64,000 bases of DNA from an uncultured Candidatus Saccharibacteria bacterium (GCA_964429815.1 CAYSCM010000003.1:29297-93296); one strand, 5' to 3'. Shown: positions 46,332-56,283, numbered from the stretch's first letter. Made by a program: numbers and translations. Notes: a model not told the origin generated them from the letters alone.

Positions 46332-46764
46332 CGGCGGGCGGTGGTTTAGCGTGGAGGAATTCCGACAGCCAAGCATAGGGTCCTTCGCAACTTCTTTTTA
46401 TTTTGGCCCCTTAGCTTGTGCAACGGTGTATCAGAGACAAGTTGTACCATTGCGGCGACACCAGGACGTAGTCTCAGGAACCGAGCGGCCACGAGCCATT
46501 TAGTGTTGCCGAAAGTCTACCCGTGACCATTCGACAAACCGTCGTGATTGGTGAATAGACATAGCTTGGGCGAAGGTTATTCTCCGGTCGATTATGGGCA
46601 TTTGCCTTATGGACCGACACTCTGATTTTGCCGGTTTCTGGGATGAACCAGTCTAAGTTTCCGACAGAGCATAGGCGTTCAAGGAATTCTGACTTTTTCA
46701 AGGCGGCCTCCATCCTGTGTGCTTTCAATCGAACGCTACAAGAAAATGCAGACACTGTCGAGTT
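46332..46764 (-). ncRNA. candidate structured non-coding RNA or long regulatory leader (family not identified)
   Basis: About 430 nt with no convincing ORF between the mrdA stop and the terminator. GC is lower than the surroundings. Two direct copies of TTCCGACAG..GCATAGG flank two GGAATTC palindromes that could form a long-range helix. Strand assignment follows the terminator orientation. Confidence 0.3.
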
Positions 46765-48501
46765 TTAAGGCTTGACAATTTCGGGACGGTTGGCGTAGAG
46801 CCACTCGAAGAAACTGCGTGCGACGGCGGAAGCTCCAACCAAGTTGCCGCGACGGCCGCGCTCCATGGTGATGGCAAACGCATAGCGCGGGTGCTCGGAG
46901 GGAAAGAACCCCATGACCCACGAGTTCACATGTTCCTTGGAGACGCCGAGTTCAGCGGTACCGGTTTTCGCTGAAATATGAATCTCGGGAATGTTGAGCG
47001 CGGATGCGGTACCCTCGAGCGTCGAGAGTCGCATACCGTCGTGGACAACATCGAACACGTCCGAAGAGATGGGGAGCTTTGTCGAGGGAGCGATATCTGC
47101 TGCAAGGACAGTCGGCGTGAGCAGGTTGTCTTCGTTGGCAATGGCAGCAACCGCTCGCACGACCTGAATGAGCGTCACCTGGAAGCCGTACTGACCGATA
47201 GCGCTGTGGTAGGTATCGCCAATGCGCCACGTTGGATCGTCGGGGAAATTTTGCGCTTTCCACTCCGGCGAAGGAATGGTTCCCCTCCCTTCGCCCGCCC
47301 AAAGGCCGGTCGAGGTGCCGAAGCCAAAAAGGCGAACGTACTTTTCGATATTAGCGATGCCAAGCCCCAAAAGCGGCGAGCTCAGGCCCACTTGCGGCGC
47401 GACGGCTGCAGAGACTCCGCCCCCGACCGTGTAGAAGTAGACGTCGGAGGAGACCGCGATGGCGTGGCGCATATCCACATACCCTTGCGCCCGCCAATCC
47501 TTAAAAAGAGTTTCTTTAGTCGGATCATAGGGGTTTGGAATGGAAATCTGTCCGGTCGAAAGGAGTTTTTTGCTCGGGCTAATGACACCTTCGGTGAGAA
47601 CACCGGTCGCGATGAAGGGCTTGATGATGGAGCCGGGGGTATAAAGGCCGATCGTCGAGCGATCGAGAAATGGCTTGCGCGTGTCGGCGAGGTAGCCGGC
47701 TATTACCGACGCCGGTCCACCCGCCGTCATGATGGTGGAGTCGTACTCAGGATAGCTCGTGAGCGCGATGAGCTGCCCGGTGCGCGTGTCTATGACCGCC
47801 CCCGCCCCGCCGACGAATCCCACATCGTCGGCGATACTTTTGATGAAGTTGTAGAGCGCGCTTGACATCTCGGCATCAATGGAGAGCGTGATATTGTCGC
47901 CTGACTGCGGTGCGCGCACGACGCTCTCCGATTGCGGAGCATTCTTCGCGTCGATTTCTACTATCTTCACGCCCGCTTTTCCCGAGAGCTCGCTGTCAAA
48001 CGTCCTTTCGACGCCGTCTTTGGGTGTCACCTCTTTGTCGTAGTAATTTCCCGACGAGTCTTTTTTAGGATAACTCACGTAGCCGAGAAGGTGCGCAAGC
48101 CCGGGAAGCGGCGTGTATACGCGAAGCGCAAAGTCACCTTTGGGATTCGGCTCGTTCCAGGCGAGAAGAACTCCCTTGCTGTCGTAAATAAGGCCGCGAT
48201 CGGCGAAAATGGTCGACTGTTTGAGATGGTTATTCTCGCTCTTGACCTCATACGAGGCACCCTGCAGGACCTGGAGATAGAAAAGCCTGCCGGTGAATAC
48301 GACGCCGGAAATGAAAACGAGGGTCGCGAGGGCGCGCAGGGTGAATTTGCTGATTGGACGGACGATGCGCCCTTCCATTTGGCTCCTATCGAACTGCGGG
48401 ATGTTGTGAGAATCGAGAAAGATCTCATCCGGGTAAATCTCGCTGTTGCGAGCGCGCTTGAACAGGCTTTTAAGTCTCCGACGTATGCGGAAGCGGGTCA
48501 T
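46765..48501 (-). CDS. mrdA: penicillin-binding protein 2 (elongasome class B transpeptidase)
   Basis: ATGA overlap with mreD. TM anchor, SxxK (GSIIKPF) and KTG (KTGTAE) motifs. The start is the internal ATG at 48501; the ORF-track N-terminal 70 aa are rejected. Confidence 0.85.
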   Translation of the reverse strand: MTRFRIRRRLKSLFKRARNSEIYPDEIFLDSHNIPQFDRSQMEGRIVRPISKFTLRALATLVFISGVVFTGRLFYLQVLQGASYEVKSENNHLKQSTIFADRGLIYDSKGVLLAWNEPNPKGDFALRVYTPLPGLAHLLGYVSYPKKDSSGNYYDKEVTPKDGVERTFDSELSGKAGVKIVEIDAKNAPQSESVVRAPQSGDNITLSIDAEMSSALYNFIKSIADDVGFVGGAGAVIDTRTGQLIALTSYPEYDSTIMTAGGPASVIAGYLADTRKPFLDRSTIGLYTPGSIIKPFIATGVLTEGVISPSKKLLSTGQISIPNPYDPTKETLFKDWRAQGYVDMRHAIAVSSDVYFYTVGGGVSAAVAPQVGLSSPLLGLGIANIEKYVRLFGFGTSTGLWAGEGRGTIPSPEWKAQNFPDDPTWRIGDTYHSAIGQYGFQVTLIQVVRAVAAIANEDNLLTPTVLAADIAPSTKLPISSDVFDVVHDGMRLSTLEGTASALNIPEIHISAKTGTAELGVSKEHVNSWVMGFFPSEHPRYAFAITMERGRRGNLVGASAVARSFFEWLYANRPEIVKP

Positions 48502-48791
48502 GGCGGGGCGTTGCGAAAGAGTATCCGCTTGCGCACGACACGGGCGGCGGTGAGCGCAAGCAGGAATCCAAACGTAAAGAAATATTGGAAACCGCCGTAC
48601 GCGGGCACGGGTGCGGCACCGAACGCGTCGATCACGATGCCCCAAAACACCACCTCGATGGGACGCAGCGATACGATGAAGAGAAGCCCGATGAGCGCGG
48701 TAATCCACCACGGGAAATAGATAAGCGATAAGAGCATCGCGGCATTGAAAAGAAGACGTATCGTAGCGCTACTGCGAAGCCACATAGACAT
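48498..48791 (-). CDS. mreD: rod shape-determining protein MreD (short form)
   Basis: Hydrophobic 3-TM protein between mreC and mrdA. The start is inferred at the internal Met so that it does not run deep into mreC. Confidence 0.5.
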   Translation of the reverse strand: MSMWLRSSATIRLLFNAAMLLSLIYFPWWITALIGLLFIVSLRPIEVVFWGIVIDAFGAAPVPAYGGFQYFFTFGFLLALTAARVVRKRILFRNAPP

Positions 48792-49569
48792 AGCGTATCT
48801 CGGAGAGATTGACTGGATTTTTGAACAGAACGGTTTTAAAGGTGTCGGCAGGATTATCAATGATGCGCTCGACGACCGCAAACAGTTTCGGATCGATGCC
48901 GGGGATGACCACCGTGTCGGTTTCCTTCACATCGGCCCCGCGCGGCAATTTGACGGAGAAATTCCCGGCACCTCGTCCAAGCGCAACGGCCGCGACCCCC
49001 GGCTCCCCGATGAGGACCGCGGTCTGCTCTCCTGGCGTTGAGAAAAGCGACACAAGCGCGGTCGAGGCGTACACTTCGCGCACTAGCCCGAGCGCGATAT
49101 CGCCGCCCACATATACGAGCGAGCCTTTAACGACGCCCTCGTTCGCACCGGCATCGATGATGAGCGTGTCGTAAGGCGACTGGTTGGGCCAGGAGAGGAC
49201 CGCGGCAAGCACGCCCTTCAGAGGGAGCGTCCGGCCGAACTGCGCTTTTAGCGCTTCGAGCTCGGCTTTGAGCTCGTTTCTTTCAAGAAGCTCCAGCTGA
49301 GCCTCGGAGAGCTCCTGTCGCAGTCGCGCATTGTCCCGCTCCAGCGCCACCTTGCTGGAAAAAGCCGCGAGGAGAGAAGAAGCTCCCGTCGAGAGGGCCC
49401 CTTGGCTGCGCAGAATGGGCTGCATGAGGACACGCACGGTGGCACGCACGAAGGAAGGCATCGCAAAACCGGAAACAGACGCGAGCAGGAAAAGGACGAG
49501 AAGGAGGAGTACCGTTCTCCACAACGAGGCGCGCGAATATCTCCTACGATCGCGGTGCGTGATCATCAT
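48769..49569 (-). CDS. mreC: rod shape-determining protein MreC
   Basis: TM anchor, a coiled coil (LRQELSEAQLELLERNELKAELEALKAQ), and C-terminal beta domains. The start is the internal ATG doublet; the ORF-track N-terminus overlaps mreB and is rejected. Confidence 0.8.
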   Translation of the reverse strand: MMITHRDRRRYSRASLWRTVLLLLVLFLLASVSGFAMPSFVRATVRVLMQPILRSQGALSTGASSLLAAFSSKVALERDNARLRQELSEAQLELLERNELKAELEALKAQFGRTLPLKGVLAAVLSWPNQSPYDTLIIDAGANEGVVKGSLVYVGGDIALGLVREVYASTALVSLFSTPGEQTAVLIGEPGVAAVALGRGAGNFSVKLPRGADVKETDTVVIPGIDPKLFAVVERIIDNPADTFKTVLFKNPVNLSEIRYVYVASQ

Positions 49570-50611
49570 CGCTTTCAATGAGAACATCACGGTAACGCTC
49601 AACGTCCTCGAGAATAATACCCGTGCCTCGCACCACCGCGGTAAGCGGGTCGTCAGCGACCGTGACCGGGATGCGCAAAATCTCCTCGAGGAGGTCGCGC
49701 ATGCCACGCATGAGCGCTCCGCCTCCGACGAGGGACACGCCGCGCTGCATGACGTCGGAGAGCACTTCCGGCGGCGTAGTCTCGAGAACCTCGCGCACCG
49801 ACTCAACGAGATTGTCGATAGAGTTGCCGATCGCTTCGCGAATATCGGCATCGGTCACCACGATCTCCCGGGGTAAGCCCGTGACGAGATCACGGCCACG
49901 CACCGTCACCTCGATGGGGATACCGACAATCACCGTACCGGCCGCTACCTTGAGCTCTTCAGCCGTTTTCTCACCCACCAAAATCTTAAACTCGTTGCGG
50001 ATATAGGAAATGATATCGTTGTTGAGCTTGTCTCCGGCAATCCGCACGTTCCTGCTCTGGACGATGCCACCCATGGAAATGACGGCGACGTCGGAGGTTC
50101 CCCCGCCGATGTCGATGACCATTGAGCCGACCGGCTCATAAACCGGAAGCCGAATACCGAGCGCGGCTGCCATCGGCTCCTCCACGATGTGAACCTCGCG
50201 AGCGCCAGCATTCTTCGCCGCGTCACGTACGGCACGCGTTTCGACGTTGGTGATCCCAGAGGGGACCCCGATGACGACGCGCGGGCCGAGGAGTTTTGTG
50301 GAATCTTTTTGAGCTTTATTGATGAGGTATGCGAGCATTTCCTCGGTCACTTCGAAATCGGAAATGACGCCATCGACGAGCGGGCGCAGCGCCTTCACAT
50401 GCGCTGGAGTACGGCCGAGCATCTCCTTCGCCTCGCGGCCGACTGCGACGACCTGTCCCGTCTTTTGGTTTACGGCGACGACGGAGGGCTCATTGATGAC
50501 GATGCCGCGACCCTTGAGATAGACGAGCGTATTGGCGGTACCTAAATCGATGCCTAAATCGTTTGAAAAAAGCCGGTAGAATCTTTCCCTCAACTTGCTC
50601 CACCACGCCAT
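49544..50611 (-). CDS. mreB: rod shape-determining protein MreB
   Basis: Start at MAWWSKLR...LGIDLGTANTLVY; actin-fold motifs DIGGGTSDVAV and a GGGALMRG-type region; 355 aa. Confidence 0.92.
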   Translation of the reverse strand: MAWWSKLRERFYRLFSNDLGIDLGTANTLVYLKGRGIVINEPSVVAVNQKTGQVVAVGREAKEMLGRTPAHVKALRPLVDGVISDFEVTEEMLAYLINKAQKDSTKLLGPRVVIGVPSGITNVETRAVRDAAKNAGAREVHIVEEPMAAALGIRLPVYEPVGSMVIDIGGGTSDVAVISMGGIVQSRNVRIAGDKLNNDIISYIRNEFKILVGEKTAEELKVAAGTVIVGIPIEVTVRGRDLVTGLPREIVVTDADIREAIGNSIDNLVESVREVLETTPPEVLSDVMQRGVSLVGGGALMRGMRDLLEEILRIPVTVADDPLTAVVRGTGIILEDVERYRDVLIESDDDHAPRS

Positions 50612-50621
50612 AGCCTCCGCA

Positions 50622-51854
50622 TCATACTGTAAATAGGGCCGATTCGGTAATGAGCTTGACTGTCCCGTTTGCGCGCCTGCCGAGCTCAATCTTCTTCTTG
50701 GCAAGAGATTTTTCGGAGACGACAATGCGGTTCGGGATACCAAGAAGGTCCGCGTCGGCGAATTTCTCACCAGCGCGCAGGTCACGGTCATCGTAGAGCA
50801 CCTCCGCGCTAGCCTTTCGGAGCTTGCCGTAGAGAGTCTCCGCCGCTTTGTGCACCTTTGTATCGCCGGGAACCTCGATGAGATGAAATTTATAGGGGGC
50901 TATCTCCTCTGGCCACACGATGCCTTTCTCGTCGGAGAGAACCTCGACGACCATGCCCATGAGCCGCCCGAGTCCGATGCCGTAACAACCCATCAGTACC
51001 GGAGTGTCCTTCCCCTCTTTATTTTTTACGGTGAGCTCAAAGGGCGCGGAGAATTTCGTCTTGAGATCGAAAATGTTACCGACTTCGACCGCTTTCTCTT
51101 CTTTGAACTCGCTTGCGCCACAGGAAGGGCAGGTTTTCTGCTCGTCCTTGATCTCTTTGTTGATGGCAATCTGACAGTTCGTGCACACGTAGATGGTGTC
51201 CTCACCGACTGGAGAAATCGCTTGGAATTCATGAGAGTACTTAGAGAACGTCCCGCCGGAAGCAAAAGTAAGATACGTCACGTCCCCGATACCGGCGCGT
51301 TTGAAAATGCGGAAGTAGGCCTTTTTCACTCTTTCGTAATAGACGGAAAAATCCTTCTCGTCAGCGTGGAAGGAGTAGAGGTCCTTCATAATGAATTCCC
51401 TGCCACGAAGGAGTCCGCTTTTTGCGCGCAGTTCCATCCGGAATTTCGTCTGAAATTGATACGCGGAAAACGGGAGATCTTTGTAGGAATGGATATACTC
51501 CTTCGCGATGGGGACGATGATCTCCTCGTGCGTTGGCCCGAGCGCGACCTCCCTCCCGGAAGAGTCCGCCATCTTGTAGAGGTCATCCATCGATTCCCAC
51601 CGGCCGGTCTTTTGCCAATTCTCTTTCGGGTGGAGCGAAGAGAGGAAGAGCTCCTGTCCGCCGACCGCGTTCATCTCATCGCGAATGACGTTCTCAATTT
51701 TCTTGAGCACCCGCAGTCCCAACGGCAGGTACGAGTAGACGCCGGCCATTTCCTTGTGAATGAAGCCGCCGCGGATGAGGAGTTTCGCGTTTTTAGCCGT
51801 CTCATCGGAGGGTATTTCGCGGCGGGTTTTCGTGAAAAGCTCCGATTGGCGCAT
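50622..51854 (-). CDS. proS: prolyl-tRNA synthetase
   Basis: Start at MRQSELFTKT. Class II motifs. A Zn-ribbon insertion (CTNCQ...CPSCG). A C-terminal anticodon-binding domain. Confidence 0.88.
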   Translation of the reverse strand: MRQSELFTKTRREIPSDETAKNAKLLIRGGFIHKEMAGVYSYLPLGLRVLKKIENVIRDEMNAVGGQELFLSSLHPKENWQKTGRWESMDDLYKMADSSGREVALGPTHEEIIVPIAKEYIHSYKDLPFSAYQFQTKFRMELRAKSGLLRGREFIMKDLYSFHADEKDFSVYYERVKKAYFRIFKRAGIGDVTYLTFASGGTFSKYSHEFQAISPVGEDTIYVCTNCQIAINKEIKDEQKTCPSCGASEFKEEKAVEVGNIFDLKTKFSAPFELTVKNKEGKDTPVLMGCYGIGLGRLMGMVVEVLSDEKGIVWPEEIAPYKFHLIEVPGDTKVHKAAETLYGKLRKASAEVLYDDRDLRAGEKFADADLLGIPNRIVVSEKSLAKKKIELGRRANGTVKLITESALFTV

Positions 51855-51901
51855 AACGTAGCGCCATTGTACCTCACCGCGTGAGAGGGTCAAACGATGG
51901 C

Positions 51902-53005
51902 CTATCCAGCGAGACGCGCCACGTCGTTGTAGGTCACGACGAGCATAAGGAGAATGAGAAGCGCGAAGCCGATGGAATTGAGAAGCTGGGCGAAACGCGG
52001 ACGAATGGGCGAGCCCTTGAGGGTTTCGATCAGAAGAAAAAGAAGCCGACCGCCATCAAGCGCAGGAAGCGGAATGAGATTGACGATGGAGAGGTTCACG
52101 GAAATGAACGCCGAAAACGTGATGAGATAAATAAGCCCGAGCGTACTAGCCTCTCCGACGGCGCCCACAATGCCGACCGGTCCGGTAATTTCCTTGATGC
52201 TCGAAGAACCGGTAAAGGCCCCGGTGATAAGATGCCAAAAACCGGTAAGCACGTTTCGAAGCATATCCGCGGTGAGCGTACCGCCCTCATAAAGCGAGCG
52301 GAACAAACCGTATCGCTGCGTGCCCACCAGCTCAGCAACGACGCCTACCGCCTTACGGGAGGGTTCGCTCGGGATTATTCCTGCCCTGGGTTGCACCGCG
52401 ATGTCGACGGTCTTTCCTTGCCGCACCACGGAGAGCGTCACGCGCTCGGATTCATGTGCGGAAACAAAATCCGGAAGATCGGAAGGCGAAGAAAGCCGCA
52501 CACTCTCCCCTTCTACAGCCGCCGCGACCGGAATATCACCCGCTTTGAGCCCGGCACTATCGGCCGGTGAGTTCGGAACGACGGAGGTGATAAGGAGCTT
52601 TGCGTTTTGCACTTCACCGCGGTGCGCTTCGTCCACGGAGGTTGGCATGCCGACCATGAAGCCACATGAGAGGAGGAGCCACGCAAAAAGCAGATTGCAC
52701 GTGACGCCCGCGACGAGGACGAGTGCTTGGATACCGCGAGATTTTCCGAGCATGCTACGGTGCCGCTCCGCCGGCAGTCGCGCAAGATCCGCGGGGTTCT
52801 CGCCGAATATCCGAACGAAACCCCCGAACGGCAACGCGTTGAGGCTGTAAAGCGTCTCGCCGAAGCGCCGTCCGAGGAGCCGCGGCGGGAAGCCTACGCC
52901 GAATTCCTCGACGCGGATGCCGTAGAGCTTGGAGGCCGTGAAGTGGCCGAGCTCATGCACGACCACGAGGATGACGAGGATGACGAGAAAAAGTATGACG
53001 CTCAT
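51902..53005 (-). CDS. rseP: site-2 protease RseP (M50 zinc metalloprotease with PDZ)
   Basis: HELGH in the first TM, a PDZ domain, and an LDGG motif. Confidence 0.85.
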   Translation of the reverse strand: MSVILFLVILVILVVVHELGHFTASKLYGIRVEEFGVGFPPRLLGRRFGETLYSLNALPFGGFVRIFGENPADLARLPAERHRSMLGKSRGIQALVLVAGVTCNLLFAWLLLSCGFMVGMPTSVDEAHRGEVQNAKLLITSVVPNSPADSAGLKAGDIPVAAAVEGESVRLSSPSDLPDFVSAHESERVTLSVVRQGKTVDIAVQPRAGIIPSEPSRKAVGVVAELVGTQRYGLFRSLYEGGTLTADMLRNVLTGFWHLITGAFTGSSSIKEITGPVGIVGAVGEASTLGLIYLITFSAFISVNLSIVNLIPLPALDGGRLLFLLIETLKGSPIRPRFAQLLNSIGFALLILLMLVVTYNDVARLAG

Positions 53006-53013
53006 GGTTATCC

Positions 53014-53568
53014 TTAGCCGCGGATCTCCGCCTCCTTGCGTTCAAGTACGTCTTCGAGGTTCGAATTACACGCATCGATGGTTTTCTCCATCTCTCCCTT
53101 GAAGCGGAATTTTTCATCTTCCGACACTTCACCCGTCTTCTCTTTTGTCTGAATGTCATGCCATACCTTGTCGCGCTCGCCACGCATCGTGACGCGCGCT
53201 TGCTCGAGACGCTCTTTTAGGAGTTTGAGGAGGGATGCACGCCGCTCCGCAGTGAGCTCGGGAAACGTGACCCGCACGCCCTGTTCGTTGGCTGAGACTG
53301 AGAGGCCGAGATTACTGTTCACGATGGCTTTCTCGACGTCCTTGATTTGCGCCTTGTCCCATGGGGTGACCATAAGGGAGCGGGCATCGGAAATAGTGAT
53401 GGAGCCGACGCTCGAGACAGGCACCAGGGTGCCGTAGGACTCGACTTTAACGCTGTCAAGAACGGCTGGCGTCGCGCGGCCCGTACGGATGCCCGCGTAC
53501 TCTTTTTTGAGCCACTCCTCGACGCTTTTTAACTTTTCGCGAAGCGGCTGGAAATTATAGGTCGCCAC
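53014..53568 (-). CDS. frr: ribosome recycling factor
   Basis: VLDSVKVESYGTLVPVSSVGSITISDARSLMVTPWDK matches the RRF family. Confidence 0.95.
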   Translation of the reverse strand: MATYNFQPLREKLKSVEEWLKKEYAGIRTGRATPAVLDSVKVESYGTLVPVSSVGSITISDARSLMVTPWDKAQIKDVEKAIVNSNLGLSVSANEQGVRVTFPELTAERRASLLKLLKERLEQARVTMRGERDKVWHDIQTKEKTGEVSEDEKFRFKGEMEKTIDACNSNLEDVLERKEAEIRG

Positions 53569-53602
53569 AGAGGTATCGTAGCATACCTACCTACGCTGCT
53601 AC

Positions 53603-54409
53603 CTACTCAGGGCGTCCGCGTATAAGCCTTCGAAGGACGCGAAACACGGCCCGCAGAAGCCACCACAAAAGAATAAGTGCGATAAGGTAAAACCAGATGC
53701 GGTGGAAAAAAACATACGAAAGTGCGGCGAGCGCGAGGTACTCAAACTGTTTCCCCACAGTCGCGTACGAGGTGGACTTGCTCGTCGAGGCGGTCGGGCC
53801 GATGTGCGCGCCCTTGCTTTCGGCTGCCGCCTCTTGGTAGAGCACATCGGCTTTTTTGTGGAGGGACTGCGCCTCCGTTGCGCGAAACGTCTCGACGCGA
53901 TCGTAGGTGGAGGATGCTGCGCTGGTAAGCCAGGGGGCGTTGGATTTAACATAGGCGCTGCCTTGCTGAAGAAGATTGCTGAAGCTTCCGGTGGTCGCCG
54001 AAACAATGGAATCGATGCTTGTCGGGGAGCGTCCTTCGTCTGTCGCCTCGATCGCAAGCTCGCCGGATGTCGACGTGTCAGCGCTGCCCCCCGAGACGCC
54101 CTGGAGCTCGGCATGAACATGATGTACGCCGGTCGAGAGGGTAAACGGAACGTGGACAACGTCGTAGCCGCCATCTTTTCCCGCAGCGAAATGAGCGGTC
54201 CCAAGTTCGGTTGTCCCGTCATAGAAGACCACGGCACCGGAGATGCTTCGTGAGGAGCTATTGCTGACCAGGGCAAAAATAGAAATCTCTTCGCCAAGGA
54301 CGGGAGTGGCGTCGCTCGTCCACAAACCCTGCGAAAAACCCACACCGGAGGCTAAGGCAAGGGGAGCGGGCGCCACCAGGAAAATGGCGATGAAAAGTAT
54401 TTTTTTCAT
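53603..54409 (-). CDS. hypothetical secreted protein with a C-terminal membrane anchor
   Basis: Signal peptide (MKKILFIAIFLVAPAPLALA), a beta-rich N-domain, a Ser/Thr-rich linker, and a C-terminal TM plus basic tail (LLWWLLRAVFRVLRRLIRGRPE). Confidence 0.5.
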   Translation of the reverse strand: MKKILFIAIFLVAPAPLALASGVGFSQGLWTSDATPVLGEEISIFALVSNSSSRSISGAVVFYDGTTELGTAHFAAGKDGGYDVVHVPFTLSTGVHHVHAELQGVSGGSADTSTSGELAIEATDEGRSPTSIDSIVSATTGSFSNLLQQGSAYVKSNAPWLTSAASSTYDRVETFRATEAQSLHKKADVLYQEAAAESKGAHIGPTASTSKSTSYATVGKQFEYLALAALSYVFFHRIWFYLIALILLWWLLRAVFRVLRRLIRGRPE

Positions 54410-55065
54410 AGGGTTGGCAGCGTCAGAGCCAAGTGCTCAAGGAGGAGTTTCACCGACGAGGCACGATCCGAAAGATATCCTCGCGCACGCTCAAGCGCGC
54501 GCAGTGTCGTAGCATTTTGCACCACGTCCGCGCAGAGCGACTCCTCAAGGCCGTCGATGAGCACCCCCGCAGCGGCCCGATCGCGCTCCTCGACGATGTC
54601 TTTGATCCGCGCAAGCCGCTCGGGAGGTGTAAGAGCGAGGAAACGTTTTGCATCCGCTGACTGCTCCTTTCGCTCAACCTTCCCTCGCACGGCAAACAAT
54701 CGCGAGCGAAGCGTGGGGAGAAGTCGCGTCGAGCGCGACGTCACGAGGAAAAAATGTGTACGCGCGGCCGGTTCCTCGAAGAGTTTAAGAAGTGCGTTTT
54801 GGGCCTCGGTGCCGATGGCTTCGAAGGAAATGACGAATATTTTTGCACCGGCACCCGCTGCGCGAAGCGCCGCCGCCTCTTTCAGTTCGCGTGCATCATC
54901 CATGCCAAGCGTCTCATAGGAGCGAACCTGAAAGCCGGGGTTACCCTGCGCTGCAACATCAAAGAGCTTCTCGAGCATATGTATGAACTCGTCCTTAATG
55001 GTGTCAAACTCCCCTTCGATGAGAATCGCGTGGTGAGAGGTATCGATTGCTCTGGAGAGGTTCAC
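54406..55065 (-). CDS. holB: DNA polymerase III delta' subunit-like (clamp-loader AAA+ fold)
   Basis: HHAILIEGEF...AQNALLKLFEEP...LLPTLRSR matches the delta-prime SRC/sensor motifs. 219 aa, short. Confidence 0.6.
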   Translation of the reverse strand: MNLSRAIDTSHHAILIEGEFDTIKDEFIHMLEKLFDVAAQGNPGFQVRSYETLGMDDARELKEAAALRAAGAGAKIFVISFEAIGTEAQNALLKLFEEPAARTHFFLVTSRSTRLLPTLRSRLFAVRGKVERKEQSADAKRFLALTPPERLARIKDIVEERDRAAAGVLIDGLEESLCADVVQNATTLRALERARGYLSDRASSVKLLLEHLALTLPTL

Positions 55066-55145
55066 TTGTTCAGAATAGCAAAGAATACAAAATCGGCCGG
55101 CCTCCTGTGGGGAGACCGGCCGAGATAGGAAACGCCTAGCGCCTT

Positions 55146-55502
55146 TTACGGACGATCGGCGCCGGCGAGCGCATCGGGAGCCGCTTCTTCTTCCCGCGGG
55201 CCCCTGACAATCGACTTTATAACAATTGCCAAGGAGCTCAACAGAAAGAGAACCGCTGCCGTCAAAACGAGCACGAAGCTCATCATTCTGAAAGGCAGCT
55301 TGAGGTCATCAGCGCTCGACGAGGGAATATCCCCCACCATGAACCCGACGCCGAGCACAATGACGAGGACCCCGACGCTCACCCACAGGGCGAGCTTGAG
55401 ATCGACCAGCATGAGCGCTAGGCCCATGAAGGCGACAAGTATGGCGGGTAGATAGATCACCGCCATGTAATGCACATCGTACATGCTTCCCTCCAATTTC
55501 AT
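55146..55502 (-). CDS. hypothetical membrane protein (3-4 TM)
   Basis: A hydrophobic ORF with no known motifs. The start is uncertain. Confidence 0.4.
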   Translation of the reverse strand: MKLEGSMYDVHYMAVIYLPAILVAFMGLALMLVDLKLALWVSVGVLVIVLGVGFMVGDIPSSSADDLKLPFRMMSFVLVLTAAVLFLLSSLAIVIKSIVRGPREEEAAPDALAGADRP

Positions 55503-55602
55503 GCCCCGACGGAATGCGGGGACGACATTTCGAGGGAAATTATATCATAAATAATGCGATCTTGTCAAATAAAAACCGGCCCTTCGTTTGTAGGGCCGGC
55601 CC

Positions 55603-56283
55603 TTATCCTCCCAACTTCATTGTGTCGAGCTCGGTGATGAGGCGGCCGAGCGCATGGAGAAGCCCTTCGACGGTATTTCCCGCGGAGGAAAACAGCCGAT
55701 CGAGGTGCCCGCGCTCGTTTATGAGAAAGCTGAAGGCACCGATCTTCACGTCACCGACGCGAAATGTCGAGGGTCCTTTTACAGCAAGAAGCCAGGTGAG
55801 ACTGAGATACCTTCCGCGAGGTTCGTCTTTCACCTCCGAGATAACCTCCTCGACGCTGCCGTAGCGAGCGCTGTAGCGCACCGAGAAGGTCGCGAACCGG
55901 TAGTCATAGAGTCCGACTACGAGTTTTTTCGTGACGTACTCTCCTATGAGCTCGCGCAACCTTCCGTCTCGCCCTTCCGAGAGCGCAGCTCGCCAGGACT
56001 TTCCGGCGACCCAGCGGGTTATCGCCTCGACGTCGAAATAGTCGCGGTAAATGCTCCGGAATTCCCCCTCGAGAGCCCGCTTGCTGAGCATCGTGTTGCG
56101 AAGCGCCGAAAACGCTTTTCCTCCGAGCTCCGCGACGAACTCCTGCGCAAGGTTTCGCGCGATCATCTCTCCTCTCGCCGAAGTGGTAAACGATGTTGCA
56201 CACGGCACGCCGATGAGCGCGCCGATGAATTCGCGCCGACGGAGGATTCTTCGCGGCGCGACTGCTCTTGTAGTCGCACCCAT
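55603..56283 (-). CDS. Tat-signal protein, possibly in the MlaC/Ttg2D lipid-binding family
   Basis: Twin-arginine motif RRREFIGAL. The mature part shows the W..G..W..ls......F...F...L.V..YD.R pattern of MlaC-like proteins. The family call is tentative. Confidence 0.4.
   Translation of the reverse strand: MGATTRAVAPRRILRRREFIGALIGVPCATSFTTSARGEMIARNLAQEFVAELGGKAFSALRNTMLSKRALEGEFRSIYRDYFDVEAITRWVAGKSWRAALSEGRDGRLRELIGEYVTKKLVVGLYDYRFATFSVRYSARYGSVEEVISEVKDEPRGRYLSLTWLLAVKGPSTFRVGDVKIGAFSFLINERGHLDRLFSSAGNTVEGLLHALGRLITELDTMKLGG

Noticed and set aside
46332-46764. RNase P RNA / tmRNA / SRP RNA assignment for the mrdA-greA spacer
   Set aside because: I could not find the P4 GGAAAGUCCGG / ACAGAANCCGGCUUA pair. 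I could not find a tmRNA tRNA-like T-arm or an ...ALAA tag ORF. I could not find the SRP GGAAGGAAGCAGC motif. It is reported only as an unclassified candidate ncRNA.
48502-48711. N-terminal 70 aa of the 648-aa ORF-track version of the PBP2 gene. The same issue affects the long N-termini of the mreC, mreB, mraZ, trpS, rpsK and rpsD track ORFs.
   Set aside because: The extensions overlap the upstream gene in another frame. They are Arg-rich, low-complexity translations. Internal ATGs give proteins that align from residue 1 of the family and produce ATGA or short overlaps typical of operons.
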